A DNA stretch of 51,992 nucleotides, from the NCBI GenBank assembly GCA_002633005.1, contig NMRA01000244.1, forward strand, positions 448,059 to 500,050, in the 5' to 3' direction. Shown piece by piece: positions 11,201-24,554 of the stretch. The translations under genes were made by a program, and so were the position numbers. Below the pieces are notes generated by a model. That model had not been told where the DNA came from and did no database searches. It worked only from the letters and a program-made list of their open reading frames with translations. Every line of letters starts with the position of its first letter. Position 1 is the stretch's first letter. This DNA is from Phoronis australis (lineage: Eukaryota; Animalia; Phoronida).

Positions 11201-14200
11201 TAAGTGGCCTAAATCAATTTTTGGACACACAGATAAAAACTGATACTGGTCATCTCAACATTAACATGTTTCAGTTATGGCAAAAATTTTTATCATCCCC
11301 TTCCTTTACTTAAAGTCTATAAAAAGATTTAACCAATCAAACTAGAATGTCATGAAAACTGGTTAGTAACTAAAGCAGGTATCAGGTCAAATATCTACCA
11401 GTTACGAGACTCGTTCACATGACATGTGACAAATAGGGCCTAATTTAAATTCACTTACGTCCAAAGTCTTTCAAATAGAGATGGCGCCATAACCAGTTGT
11501 CATTACAAACACTATTGACCAGCCTGGACACTTGAGACAATCGCAGCAAAGAAGCCACATCAAGATGACGAAATATGGACAGCTGAAATGTACATATTTA
11601 ATATATAAATGCACGGTAGTGAAAACTTCCTTTTCGCTTTTCATTGCCCAGGTGCAGTCACATTTTGTTCCACAAATGTTTTAGAAATGAGAAAAAAAAT
11701 TGTGTTAGCTTGCAAATAAAATGTTCACGTCATGTACTAAATATTCTTCCATTTGTTCAAGTGAAGGTAAACAACAACTCTTACTTCATATTTTAAATAA
11801 ACTAAAAGCAGTGAACTGTGCGGCAATCATCAAAACCAGAATCATTTTAGGAATGAATTATGAGAAACAATTCTTGTGGAAATGGCTATACCAGCAACTT
11901 TATGAGCAACTTACCAACATTCTTCATGAGCTGAATGCAACCAATCTATGATATAGACAATTGGAATTCCCAATAAGGAAAGGCCAGAAATGAGACTATA
12001 CTCTATTTTAATTTTCAATGTCACTAACAGATGGTGCACCTGGAGGTAAATCAAGTCTGCAAGATATAGCTGAGCTGACTATCTCCTGATGTACAGCTCA
12101 GGTGATCTTTTGTTAACTTAAAAAATGCTTAAAAAAATTAATGCTTTGTATCACGATTGGGACTGGAACACTGACAACTCTACAAATAATCCAGGGGACG
12201 TAACTACTAACTCACCTTCACTTCATATGGCACTCCCACTAAACATTGGTGGTCATCAATGTTCAAGGCTGAAAAACATACAAATAACAATGTCTTAAAG
12301 AAAGGACGGAGAGCAAAAATTGATACCTGGAGAAAAATGTCACAAATCTAGTCTGTCCACCATAAGGCTTGTTTACTTTGTAGTTCCAAACACTATCGAA
12401 TCATCCATCCATACGGTTTAAGAGTCCTAAATAAAAAGGGCTAGCTACATCCATGCAATACTTCACACAGAAAAAATTTTTAAAAAACTAATGAAAGCCA
12501 AATCACCGAATAACTAAAATGTTTTATTTATACACTCTTCACCCTCCATATGGTGAACAGCAGACTATCGAAAATACACAGAAAAACAAAAGACCAGTGT
12601 CACCTTCATGTATAAAAAACTTTTGTAGGTTGTAACACCTTTAATATTTAATAGATTACCTTCCTTGATGTGTGACAACAGAGGGCAGGCAAGTGCATCC
12701 TTAAACAGTCGTGACAACTTAGAGATATTTGAATAAACTTGACCTGGATCTGAAACACAGCAAACGGAGCAAATTAGAAAGACAACAACAGCCAAGACAC
12801 ATCCAGTGATATTCAATTCAAAAATTCAGCTAATTCCAGGGATCTGCTTCATGAAGTTTCTTGAGGATTAACCAAATGTTTGGTCTACAGTTCCCACTTC
12901 ACGGTCATTGGATAAAGACTTAGTGCATGACAACCTAGAAATAATTGATACAAATTATCTCAGTTACTAGAAGTAACGTATAACATTCTCAGAGACTTCA
13001 TGAAAACAGTCCCCTAGACACCTAAAAATGTTCAGATGATTAACAGGAAACATCTGACAATGATCTTTTTAGACTCACACTCTCTCTCTACTGCAACATT
13101 ATGCAGTGGATGAATATTAAATAAAGCCACGCTATTTGAAGACTGTTTCTTTACAGCCAAATGATACTCTCTGTTGATAGAGAAAGAATCTATTTGAAGG
13201 ACAGATGCCTCACTTTGGTGAACCAGATAATGCACATAAGGACGTATGATGAGGGAAGTAAAAATCAAAATGAAAGGGTTTGGAATGACCAATGATGAAA
13301 GAGGAAAGTTTTCCAAGTCAGTGAGGCATCGCTCCACAAATAAATAGGCTCGTGTGATAGAAATATTTATTCTGTTGTAAATTTTAACTAAAATAAACGT
13401 TTTTGCATGAATAAAGTCAAAATAGTGATAAAAATAGGGAACTGGAAATCAAATAAGTGGAAATTGAAACCAAAAAAGAAGAAATCCTCTTAAAACAGGA
13501 AAATACCGAGACCGCCTGAAATGATCAAATGAGAAGGATAAATGACAATCAATCCTGTGAACAATTCTAAGTGCTTAAGTAGAGCCCTGCTTGAACACTC
13601 ACGTTACATTAAGTGTTCAAATCAGTATACAGCGTTCACCACAAAAACACTTGACTTACTTGATCCAATGTCACTTATGAACTCGGAGCACTGAATGCTT
13701 AAACACCTGCCACAACAGTGTTCACCAGAGATCAAGCCTGAAGAACAGATAAATCAGTATGTAACCAGACAGCAAGATGGCAGTGATACAGCTAGCAGTC
13801 TGTTGGTAACTGGGGAACTTCTATTGCAATGACAACTAATCTGTATCCATGACAACCAATCTGTATTATGTGGTGATACTCCTATGCAGGAATTTCTAAA
13901 ACTTGCCACACCCAAATGGGCAACCTGTGATAAAATGCTCTGCACTTGAAGAACACAGCCATTTGAGCATATAATAAGCTATTGGCCTTTGAAGTCAGCT
14001 GACTTGTTACCTGAAGCAAAGACCCTTATCAGTAATTATTATTAAGGACAAGGGAAATCCTTCCCTGTAAGCATGACTGTGGAGTAAAGGCTTCTTTGAC
14101 TGAAGTGCAACTCTGAACTAGATTCTGCGAGTTGACAAGGAGATATTGAGCCCAGGGTCTGCCCGGAATAGTTGTCAGGTTGCTATGACACTGTGATCAG

Positions 14201-17200
14201 CCTCCTAAGCAGGTGACACAACACCATTTACCATGATTCCACCTGGGTTAAACAATATTACAATGTTATTTCTGTAACTTATGAAGACATGCTTTCTAAC
14301 ACCATATGCACCTCTCAGTTCCTTGTGTCAAGACATATTCCTTCTCATATATGAACTCTCTCCTTACCATGGAGAACCAACACATTCCTCCCTAGAGTTG
14401 TGCACACTAAGTAGCACTCTTCCTCTGGAAATTGTACATGGTTATACAGTATTCTATAGACACCACTGCCTCTCCACCCAGTTGGCATCACTGCTTGATT
14501 CCCACCGGTGACTGAAGAGGAATTCTGAAACAGAAAACTATGGAAGTTCAAACTGCGTTTTAGCAAACTTGTGGAACATTTCAAAAATTTCATTGCAAGC
14601 AAAGCTCGCAGTTAACAATTATCAACTTGTATGTGGTGCACATTAATTATACTGTGGATAAATAATAATAATGTCAAGTTCACTAAGGTCATAGCCATGG
14701 TTAGCGTTTAAAGCCTAAACACAAAGTTTGAGTACAAAACAAGTCACCCTTAGTCGCATCACAAATTAGACCCAAACCAGTGAGTCACCTTTTGCTTAAC
14801 ACAATTTTTATATTATTTGCCGTAATTCGATGTCATGTTACTTTAACCCCTTTATTCCAAAAAAGCATAATTGGTTCTCACTCATCTGGAGACCTGTGCT
14901 AGCATACTTGAAAAAAACAATAAAAACATCCGCCTATTTCAATGCCACGTTTTCATTTGTTTTAGTGAATAGCTGCATGGACACAATGGTAAGCAATGTT
15001 TGAAACACAAAGAAGACAAGCAGTGAGTGCAAAAAAATCCTGCATCTTTGTTGCTCATCTCAGGTGAATATTCTTTTTTGAAAAAAAAAGTACAAATAAA
15101 AGTCAGAATAACCACACGCCCAACTTAATTTTCAAAAACAAGTGACCAGAATCATTCAATTTTTTTGCCTAAAAACATGTAGCAAAGGGCTTGTATACAC
15201 TAGAGTCTCAGTGTTAACTGAAGCTGGTCTGCTGGACAACACTCACAAAATTAAGGTCATAGAACCTCAAAGCCATGACACCTAATTCAAAGTGAAAATA
15301 GTACAGTAGATTGGCAGGAACCGTTGTCTCTTGCTTTCTCAAGAGATCTTGTCTGGTTGCCAACCTCACGTATACCCTCGTCCCAAGCAGACGATACGTT
15401 GAAGTGAGCTCCACCTTGCCTCTTTGTGAGTATTGTCCAGGAGACCAGATTAAATTCTGTTTACAATTAATTTCCTGAACAGATCAGAAACTACATTTTA
15501 TTGTTTAGAAAATCTAACAAGAATAGTTACCCCGGATGCAGTGAATCCCACTTCCATCATAAGCGCATGTAAAATGACCACCACAGCATCCTGAGCTGAC
15601 TGGACATCACCAGACTCATACAGAGACTCCAATTTATGGGGTACTCTGCCAGCGCTGGAATCCCGGCATAACATGGGTTCACTCAGATACCTGTTCATTA
15701 ACAGATCACCCATGGTATCCATGTCCTCATTGGTTGAGCTTTGACCTACACAAGCACCATCTGGTGGCTGTGTGGCCGCAACAATTCCAGTATCCATGTG
15801 GTTGGTGTTGTCTGTGGATTTCTCAAACAGCACAGGGGTGGAGCTAGTCTGTGACTCCAGCAGTGCTGGCCTTGAGTTGACTGTGCAAGTGGTTGACACA
15901 TCCCCAGTAGACTCAGGTAGATTGAGACTCAGAACATACAGTAAGTCACCAGATACTAAGCCAACAGTTTGAACTGTATCATCATCACTGAAGGTCAGCT
16001 TGTCATGGCCATTTAGACTCAAGTCAAAGAAATCACTGTAATATTAGACAAAAAGCATCTTTAAAATAACAAACTGATGTCTCATTATGCAAATACAGTC
16101 CAGTGTTTTCTCTAAGAGAAAGACGGCTTAAAACATCCAATTCACTTTCTTTCATGGAACAGCACATGTAATAATGGCAACAGTACAACCAATGGCGTAC
16201 ACATTGCATCATGCAGTTCCGACCCGTCTTGTTTCAACAATCCCGTAGCAAGCACCTGAGAATTAGATCAAACTTAAACAAAATAAAAACTGCTTCAGTT
16301 TGTTTGATCTTTTATTATCAGTCAAATACAGTGGTGAGTGCGTGAAACTGATTCGCTCACCTAGCCTAACTAAACCATAGTTTGACGAATGAGAACCCAG
16401 ATCTCATGCACTTGGTATAGAGAACATGGTTTAAGGAAACCAACAGCGCTGGAGCACAACCGTCATCAAAAGTATAAAAGGATAATCACCAAGTCATGAG
16501 TGTTCAGGCCTTACTACGTATTTAACTTTAAAGCCACTTAATTGACCTCTGTCAATGACTAGTGATAGTGTGAGTGACCACAGGCTCTCTAAACAGAAGT
16601 TCGACGTTTCACTATAATACATTATGACAATCAGCAGATGAAGTCTGCGGTGTGCTTCTGATCTGCCGAGTGTCACTCGCAGCGTTATTGCAGACCAAGC
16701 TGCAGCTACCTGCCCCAAACTCATTTGGCGCATTTCAAATTGGCATGGGTTGGTGAGCCAAACTGATGCCTGCACCAGACTGAAGCTACCATAAGTTCCC
16801 AAATTACTGCCAGTGCATTACAAATTTTTGTAACCGTTAGAACTCAAATTGATGACATTAAATGAGTGCGGTTGGGATTTGACAGTTTCTCAGGACACTC
16901 ACTTCCCCCATGTGACCCAAGTAGAGTTTAATAATGCTAGGACCTCAATAAAAAGCAAGACTTCATGAGATCGCGCGAGATATTACCATGCACATTAAAT
17001 GAGAACACATAATTTTGGCAAGATTTTAATGAGGTCCAAGCGTTACTGTACTTCTACCCTGCATACGTGAGCACTCGTTGTCATCAATTTTGGTTCTGAT
17101 AACAGTTAAAAATCCATAAACTACTGGCATTAATTTGGGAACTTACCGTAGCTTCAGTTTGACTCACTAACCACTCCAAATTGAAGTGTGTCAAATCAGG

Positions 17201-17438
17201 TTGGAGCAGGCATTTTGAGCAACCGGTACAACCGTGACACCGTCACTGCCTTTGCCCAGGCTGCCGCCCCAGGGCCTGGGCCAGGGTTAGACGTCGTCTT
17301 CAGTGTATTGGCTCACCATTCACTCAAGTGTAATTCATTGAATATTCGGCTTTTCAAATCCTGGATTGTAATTTTTTCAGCATCGTCGTTGAGTGTGATC
17401 ACTGAAGTAGTCTTTCTAACTCGAATACGCAGTTTCAT
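8233..17438 (-). CDS. FBXO7: F-box only protein 7 (Ubl - FP/PI31 domain - F-box - proline-rich tail), 10 exons, 501 aa
   Basis: Exons 17317-17438, 15531-16035, 14368-14524, 13660-13737, 12660-12749, 12216-12268, 11459-11582, 10533-10570, 9076-9244 and 8233-8402 have GT-AG boundaries and compatible phases (1506 nt). Motifs: N-terminal MKLRIRV, GLVSGDL (Ubl), LHALMMEVGF and KLSRLFKD (FP domain), VPYEVKLSIFRHLDVASLLRLSQVSR...LWRHLYLKDFG (F-box), PGVIGGDYDLDP and PRPRFDPFNP. Confidence 0.95.
9530..9919. other. Assembly gap (390 N) inside FBXO7 intron 8
   Basis: Run of N. The flanking exons splice in frame without needing an exon inside the gap. Confidence 0.98.
9920..10155. mobile_element. End of a probable hAT-type non-autonomous element running into the gap
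   Basis: Ends with GCGGAAATCCGCGTTTCCGCGGAAAATTCCAAGCCCTG (a CAGGG-type terminus with repeated CGCGGAA motifs). The other end is presumably in the gap. Confidence 0.45.
10889..11192. repeat. Minisatellite, 16-bp unit, ~19 copies, in FBXO7 intron 7
   Basis: AGGTCACTTAACATTT repeated with minor variants (AGGTCAATTAACATTT, AGGTCACTTTTTATTT). Confidence 0.95.
16707..17212. mobile_element. Old foldback/MITE in FBXO7 intron 1 (second copy at ~21526-22036)
   Basis: Long imperfect inverted repeats: ACTGAAGCTACCATAAGTTCCCAAATTACTGCCAGT...TTGATGACA pairs with TGTCATCAA...ACTGGCATTAATTTGGGAACTTACCGTAGCTTCAGT. Confidence 0.65.
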
Positions 17439-17725
17439 TTCGATCGCATCTGCAAGAATAATTTACGCAAGATCATACTTATGTTCTTTAATGTTAGAAG
17501 ATACAAAAAACTTGATTAGGACATCTGTTGTCAGATTTGCAAACTAAGTTCAACGTTTTGTGACATCCCCGACTAGTTTCAGCATAACTAATCATAACCT
17601 AATTAATGGTCCGGCGTTATCATCCACCTTTGTGAAATTTTAATTGTTTTTGTATTAAAATTTTGGACCAAAACCGCCTCTGAGTGAACAAGTGAAAGCC
17701 TAAAGGGCGGAGAATAGTGGACCTA

Positions 17726-18126
17726 GGCCCGGTCTCTAATCTTTGTACTCCGGCGAAACGAACTCAAACTATTTTTGGCAATTTCTCTGCTCCTTTTGCG
17801 CGAACTTAAGATAATTGGTTATCAGACTGTGCTCGAATACCTTATAGTTTATATATAGGAGTTTCTAGTTCAAGTTTGCCCTTGAAGACCCTTATATTCG
17901 TGCTACAAACTCGAGTAAAAACTCGAAATTTCGAGTTCAAACTCGAACTTTGGCTTTGGGTTTACAAACTGTGAACTATAGGGCAATAAATTATCTACGT
18001 ATGTTATTGTGTATTTGAGCATAGAATAATAGACACTTATCTTTATTTCGCCCAAAAGTAGAGTACTAATGAGAAAATGCCAAACCTAATTTCGAGTTCC
18101 ATTTCGAGTAAAAAGATTGGGGGGCC
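17726..18126. mobile_element. 401-bp PIF/Harbinger-like MITE, present in copy 1 only
   Basis: Termini are GGCCC...AATCTTT and AAAGATT...GGGCC, with a 3-bp TSD CTA (17723-17725 and 18127-18129). The empty site GGACCTAGTCGAA is at ~22523. A related fragment starts at 39508. Confidence 0.8.
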
Positions 18127-20191
18127 CTAGTCGAATTAGGCCTAGTCAGCAAGAAAAGTCGTGAATGCAGTGGGTCAACCGCCGATCTGACTCCCATTAC
18201 GTCCATTTCAGCATAATTGATAACGGAAGTAGTGACCGTTCTAGTAAACCTATGTGAATATCATGGGCGCAAGCACCCAGGCTAAAAAATGGGCGGTATC
18301 GAATTTTTGAGAATCATGCCGTGAATAATAGGCCTACGCTTCCACGATCGAAGTTTCACGCAAAAAACTAGACGGTGGACTGCACCGGTTGGCCTACTCT
18401 CACTGAGAGCTATAGCTGTGCATTCGCCCGAAATTTTGGTAGTTCCTGCCTTTGTAGTGGACTTTGCCTCGTTTCCTACTTTTTTCGGAGTTTTATTTCT
18501 TTGAGGCAGACCCGGCTTTTTCCCCCTGGAGCTCGTTCGTTTTTTTCAATACTCAAATGCCTCCAAAACATGCCAAGTGCAAGTTAAAGCGGCGAGAAAA
18601 TATGGATGCAAATGGATCGGACACATGGATCAAAATGGACCAGAGTTAGGAACAGACCACACTCAACTTAGCGGAAAAAGCAAAAACGCGAGCGGTGACG
18701 CAGCTAGGGCATACCGCAAAATGTTTGTTGCTGTGATTTCCCCCATATTTGAGGAAATACATCGTTTAATTTCTCTTTTGGCTGACAACAGTTTCACTCT
18801 GCGGGCACCGCGAAGTAGCCGCTGTCCAAAATCATGAGCTGTTAGACGTTCCTGCGAACGGAGTTGTCACTAGGATGCGTTTGTAATTCAATTCCGGATA
18901 TTTCAGAAAGACTTGCGTGATATCTGTTTTTGTCAAGAAACTTGCTTCACGTACGTATCCTATGTACTTGGTCTTATGGGTGCCAATGAGTAACACATAA
19001 ACACAGAAAAGAATGAAATTTGGGGAAAGAGACAAAGTTGTCAACGCGCGGAGACAGAAAAGATTTTTTGTACAGTTCAAAGTTATGGCACACTTACGAA
19101 TTGAATTGCTGCTAGTGAGATATCACCCCTCTGAAAAAGCAACAGACAATAATAATGCTTAAACAAAGAATTTTTGATCCGATTAGCCAAATCTATAAAA
19201 AGACAAAATTACATATTAAGTGCATTATGACACGCCGTGACAAGCTAACTTGTTGAGCCTGGTCTTAAACAACAAAGAACTGCCTTTTCTTGGCAAAGTC
19301 CTGAAATCACCTCCAACTTGGCTAAGGGTCAATTTGAGAAGTTGGCTAAGTGGTCTAAGTCACAAAAGATGCTTTTTGTGATGGAAGGCGGGCTTAGTGG
19401 GGCCATTATTTTTAAATAATGTACCGACAATAATTTATTATAAAAACAGTGCAATATCATTTTGGAGATTGATACGTGTTGCCATCTACAATCAGACATC
19501 TAGTCTGTGATGTGGCGTTCGGAACCTAGGGTAGGGATAGTTTGGGTTATATGGTGAGTACCACCCTCAATGCGCAACAAATCAAAAATTGTCAAAGTCA
19601 CTCAAGATATAGCGACATTGTGCTGAAAATTGGACTATAGACTCTGAATGTCACTCTGAATGTGCCATGAAGTTGAAGTTAATGTTGAAGTGAACAGGTG
19701 TTATCAGACCACAGCTGGTTTGTTAACTGTAGTTGGGGATTAGAATGTTTTAATTCAGGTAAACAAAGATCGATAAGAGGCTGTATATAGCGCAGTTGAG
19801 TGTTTTGCAGTGCAGAAGGATATGACTAAGTGATTTCATTTTCCGGTGGGTGCGTTGTCAAGATTTGTTTCCCTAGTTTGGTTTTTATTGAGTTTGAGTA
19901 ACGGTAAGAGAGATACAAGTTTGCACATGACCTATGAGATTGCTGTTATAAACACGGACGAGAATTTGACTAGATTACATACTTATCAAATACATTGTGA
20001 CCCATTGTGGATACGTTAAACTGACTTTCTGGGCAGAATACCGAAATTACTTTATAGATTATGATTTTTATCATTGCTCTTTCTCGAGTTTTTATGCGTC
20101 ATAACCTAAATTAAAGATTTATTCGGCTGCGCCACTGAACACGTACATAGTCCCCCCCCCCGAGTTTCTGCAACTCAGGCAGTCGAATGAN

Positions 20192-23100
20192 TATACCCTC
20201 GTCCCAAGCAGACGATACGTTGAAGTGAGCTCCACCTTGCCTCTTTGTGAGTATTGTCCAGGAGACCAGATTAAATTCTGTTTACAATTAATTTCCTGAA
20301 CAGATCAGAAACTACATTTTATTGTTTAGAAAATCTAACAAGAATAGTTACCCCGGATGCAGTGAATCCCACTTCCATCATGAGAGCGTGTAAAATGACC
20401 ACCACAGCATCCTGAGCTGACTGGACATCACCAGACTCATACAGAGACTCCAATTTATGGGGTACTCTGCCAGCGCTGGAATCCCGGCAAAACATGGGTT
20501 CACTCAGATACCTGTTCATTAACAGATCACCCATGGTATCCATGTCCTCATTGGTTGAGCTTTGACCTACACAAGCACCATCTGGTGGCTGTGTGGCCGC
20601 AACAATTCCAGTATCCATGTGGTTGGTGTTGTCTGTGGATTTCTCAAACAGCACAGGGGTGGAGCTAGTCTGTGACTCCAGCAGTGCTGGCCTTGAGTTG
20701 ACTGTGCAAGTGGTTGACACATCCCCAGTAGACTCAGGTAGATTGAGACTCAGAACATACAGTAAGTCACCAGATACTAAGCCAACAGTTTGAACTGTAT
20801 CATCATCACTGAAGGTCAGCTTGTCATGCCCATTTAGACTCAAGTCAAAGAAATCACTGTAATATTAGACAAAAAGCATCTTTAAAATAACAAACTGATG
20901 TCTCATTATGCAAATACAGTCCAGTGTTTTCTCTAAGAGAAAGACGGCTTAAAACATCCAATTCACTTTCTTTCATCATGGAACAGCGTAATGATGGCAA
21001 CAGATCAACCAATGGCGTACACATTGCATCATGCAGTTCCGACCCGTCTTCTTTCAACAATCCCGTAGCAAGCACCTGAGAATTGGATCAAACTTAAACA
21101 AAATGAAAATTGCTTCAGTTTGCTTGATCTTTTATTATCAGTCAAATACAGTGGTGAGTGCGTGAAACTGATTCGCTCACCTAGCCTAACTAAACCATAG
21201 TTTGACGAATGAGAACCCAGATCTCATGCACTTGGTATAGAGAACATGGATTTAAGGAAACCAACAGCGCTGGAGCACAACCGTCATCAAAAGTTACGGG
21301 ATAATCACCAAGTCATGAGTGTTCAGGCCTCACTACGTATTTAACTTTAAAGCCACTTAATTGACCTCTGTCAATGACTAGTGATAGTGTGAGTGACCAC
21401 AGGCTCTCTAAACAGAAGTTCGACGTTTCACTATAATACATTATGACAATCAGCTGATGAAGGCTGCGGTATGCTTCTGATCTGCCGAGTGTCGCTCGCA
21501 GCGTTATTGCAGACCAAGCTGCAGCTACCTGCCCCAAACTCATTTGGCGCACTTCAAATTGGCATAGGTTGGTGAGCCAAACTGATGCCTGCACCAAACT
21601 GAAGCTACCATAAGTTCCCAAATTACTGCCAGTGCATTACAAGTTTTTGTAACCGTTTGAAGTCATATTGATGACATTAAATGAGTGTGGCTGAGATTTG
21701 ACAGTTTAATTCTCAGGACACTCACTTCCCCCATGTGACCCAAGTAGAGTTTAATAATGCTAGGACCTCAATAAAAAGCAAGACTTCATGAGATCGCGTG
21801 AGATATTACCATGCACACTAAATGAGAACACATAATTTTGGCAAGATTTTAATGAGGTCCAAGCGTTACTGTACTTCTACCCTGCATACGTGAGCACTCG
21901 TTGTCATCAATTTTTGGTTCTGATAACAGTTAAAAATCCATAAACTACTGGCATTAATTTGGGAACTTACCGTAGCTTCAGTTTGACTCACTAACCAGTC
22001 CAAATTGAAGTGTGTCAAATCAGGTTGGCGCAGGCATTTTGAGCAACCGACAACCGTGACACCGTCACTGGCGTCACTGCACTGCCTTGGGCCAGGGTGA
22101 GACGTCTTCAGTGTACTATTGGCTCACCATTCACTCAAGTGTAATTCATTGACTATTCGGCTTTTCAAATTCTGGATTGTAATTTTTTCAGCATCGTCGT
22201 TGAGTGTGATCACTGAAGTAGTCTTTCTAACTCGAATACGCAGTTTCATTTCGATCGCATCTGCAAGAATAATTTACGCAAGATCATACTTATGTTCTTT
22301 AATGTTAGAAGATACAGAAAACTTGATTAGGACATCTGTTGTCAGATTTGCGAACTAAGTTCAACGTTTTGTGTCATCCCCGAGTTCCTGCATAACTAAT
22401 CATAACCTAATGGTCTGGCGTTATCATCCACCTTTGTTTAATTTTAATTGTTTTTGCACTAAAATTTTGGACCAAAACCGACTCTGAGTGAACAAGTGAA
22501 AGCCTAAAGGGCGGAGAATAGTGGACCTAGTCGAAGTAGGCCTAGCAAGAAAGGCGGTCGGAACAATGAATAACTTAGTGGGTCAACCGCCGATCTGACC
22601 CATTACGTCCATTTCAGCATAATTGATAACGGAAGTAGTGGCCGTTCTAGTAAACCTATGTGAATATCATGGGCGCAAGCACCCAGGCTAAAAAATGGGG
22701 TATCGAATTTTTGAGAACCATGCCGTGAATAATGAGGCCTGGCGCTTACAAAGTTTCACGCAAAAAACTAGACGTGGACCACACCGCCGGTTGGCCTACT
22801 CTCACTGAGAGCTATAGCTGTGCATTTGCCTGAAATTTTGGTAGTTCCTGCCTTTGCAGCGAGAAAATATGGATGCAAATGGAGCGGACACATGGATCAA
22901 AATGGACAGAGTCAGGAACAGACGACACTCAACTTCGCAGAAAAAGCAAAAACGCGAGCGGTGACGCAGGGTGGCGCAAAATGATTATTGCTGTGATTTT
23001 TTCCATATTTGAGGAAATATACCGTTTAATTTCTCTTTTGGCTGACAACAGTTTCACTCTGATCGGGCACCGCGACGTAGCCGCTGTCCAAAATCATGAG

Positions 23101-24474
23101 CTGTTAGACGTTCCATCGAACGGAGTTTACGATGCGATTGTAATTCAATTCCGGATATTTCAGAAAGACTTGCGTGATATAGTGTTTTTGTCAAAAAACT
23201 TGCTTCACGTACGTATCCTATGTACTTGGTCTTATGGGTGCCAATGAGTAACATATAAACACAGAAAAGAATGTGATTTTGGGAAAGAGACAAAGTTGTC
23301 AACGCGCGGAGACAGAAAAGATTTTTTGTACAGTTCAAAGTTACGGCACACTAACGAATAGAATTGCTGCTAGTGAGATATCGCCCCTCTGAAAAAGCAA
23401 CAGACAATGCAATGCTTAAACAAAGAATTTTTGATCCGATTAGCCAAATCTATAAAAAGGCAAAATTACATATTAAGAAATAACAGTGCATTATTCCTTG
23501 AGGCAAATGCAGTTGCGAAACAGAATGACACGCCGTGACGAGCTAACTTGTTGAGCCTGGTCTTAAACAACAAAGAACTGCCTTTTCTTGGCAAAGTCCT
23601 GAAATCACCTCCAACTTGGTAAGGGTCAATTTGAGAAGTTGGCTAAGTGGTCTAAATCACAAAAGATGCTTTTTGTGATGGAAGGCGGGCTTAGTGGGGC
23701 CATTATTTTTAAATAATTAATGTGCCGACAATAATTTATTATAAAAACAGTGCAATATCATTTTGGAGATTGATACGTGTTGCCATCTACAATCAGACAT
23801 CTAGTCTGTGATGTGGTGTTCGGAACCTAGGGTAGGGATGGTTTGGGTTATATGATGCGTACCACCCTCAATGCGCAACAAATCAAAAATTGTCAAAATC
23901 ACTCAAGATATAGCGACATTGTGCTGAAAACTGGAGTCACTCTGACTGTGCCATGCAGTTGAAGTTAATGTTGAAGTGAACAGGTGTTATCAGACCACAG
24001 CAGGTTTGTTAACTGTAGTTGGGGATTAGAATGTTTTAATTCAGGTAAACAAAGATCGATAAGAGGCTGTATATAGCGTAGTTGAGTGTTTTGCAGTGCA
24101 GAAGGATATGACTAAGTGATTTCATTTTCCGGTGGGTGCGTTGTCAAGATTTGTTTCCCTAGTTTGGTTTTTATTGAGTTTGAGTCACGGTAAGAGAGAT
24201 ACAAGTTTGCACATGACCTATGAGATTGCTGTTATAAACACGGACGAGAATTTGACTAGATTACATACTTATCAAATACATTGTGACGGCCATTGTGGAT
24301 ACGTTAAACTGATTTTCTGGGCAGAATATCGAAATTACTTTATAGATTATGATTTTTATCATTGCTCTTTCTCTAGTTTTTATGCGTCATAGCCTAAATT
24401 AAAGATTTATTCGACTGCGCCACTGAACACGTACATAGTCCCCCCGAGTTTGTGCAACTCAGACAGTCGAATGA
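20192..24474. repeat. Copy 2 of the tandem duplication (probable haplotype B)
   Basis: Collinear with 15371-20190. Differs by SNPs, small indels, and the absence of the 401-bp MITE and of a ~140-bp segment (~18455-18590). Confidence 0.92.
20352..22249 (-). CDS. FBXO7: Second copy of FBXO7 exons 1-2 (partial; likely allelic duplicate)
   Basis: Exons 22128-22249 and 20352-20856 have intact splice sites. Amino-acid differences from copy 1: QDLKSRIFN vs QNLKSRIVN, and MLCRD vs MFCRD. Confidence 0.85.
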
Positions 24475-24554
24475 CCTAATATGTGAGAAAACAAGCTGCG
24501 CCAAACACGAATACATCTGCCGCGTCACCCGCAGCATACTGCTGATATCACAAC

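Larger units (their letters stand above)
15371..20190. repeat. Copy 1 of a near-identical tandem duplication (probable haplotype A)
   Basis: Starts TATACCCTCGTCCCAAGC and ends CAGTCGAATGA. Collinear with 20192-24474, separated from it by a single N at 20191. Confidence 0.92.

Noticed and set aside
20319-20843. Independent FBXO7 paralog
   Set aside because: Only exons 1-2 are present, near-identical including introns and adjoining a single-N join. An allelic duplicate is more likely.
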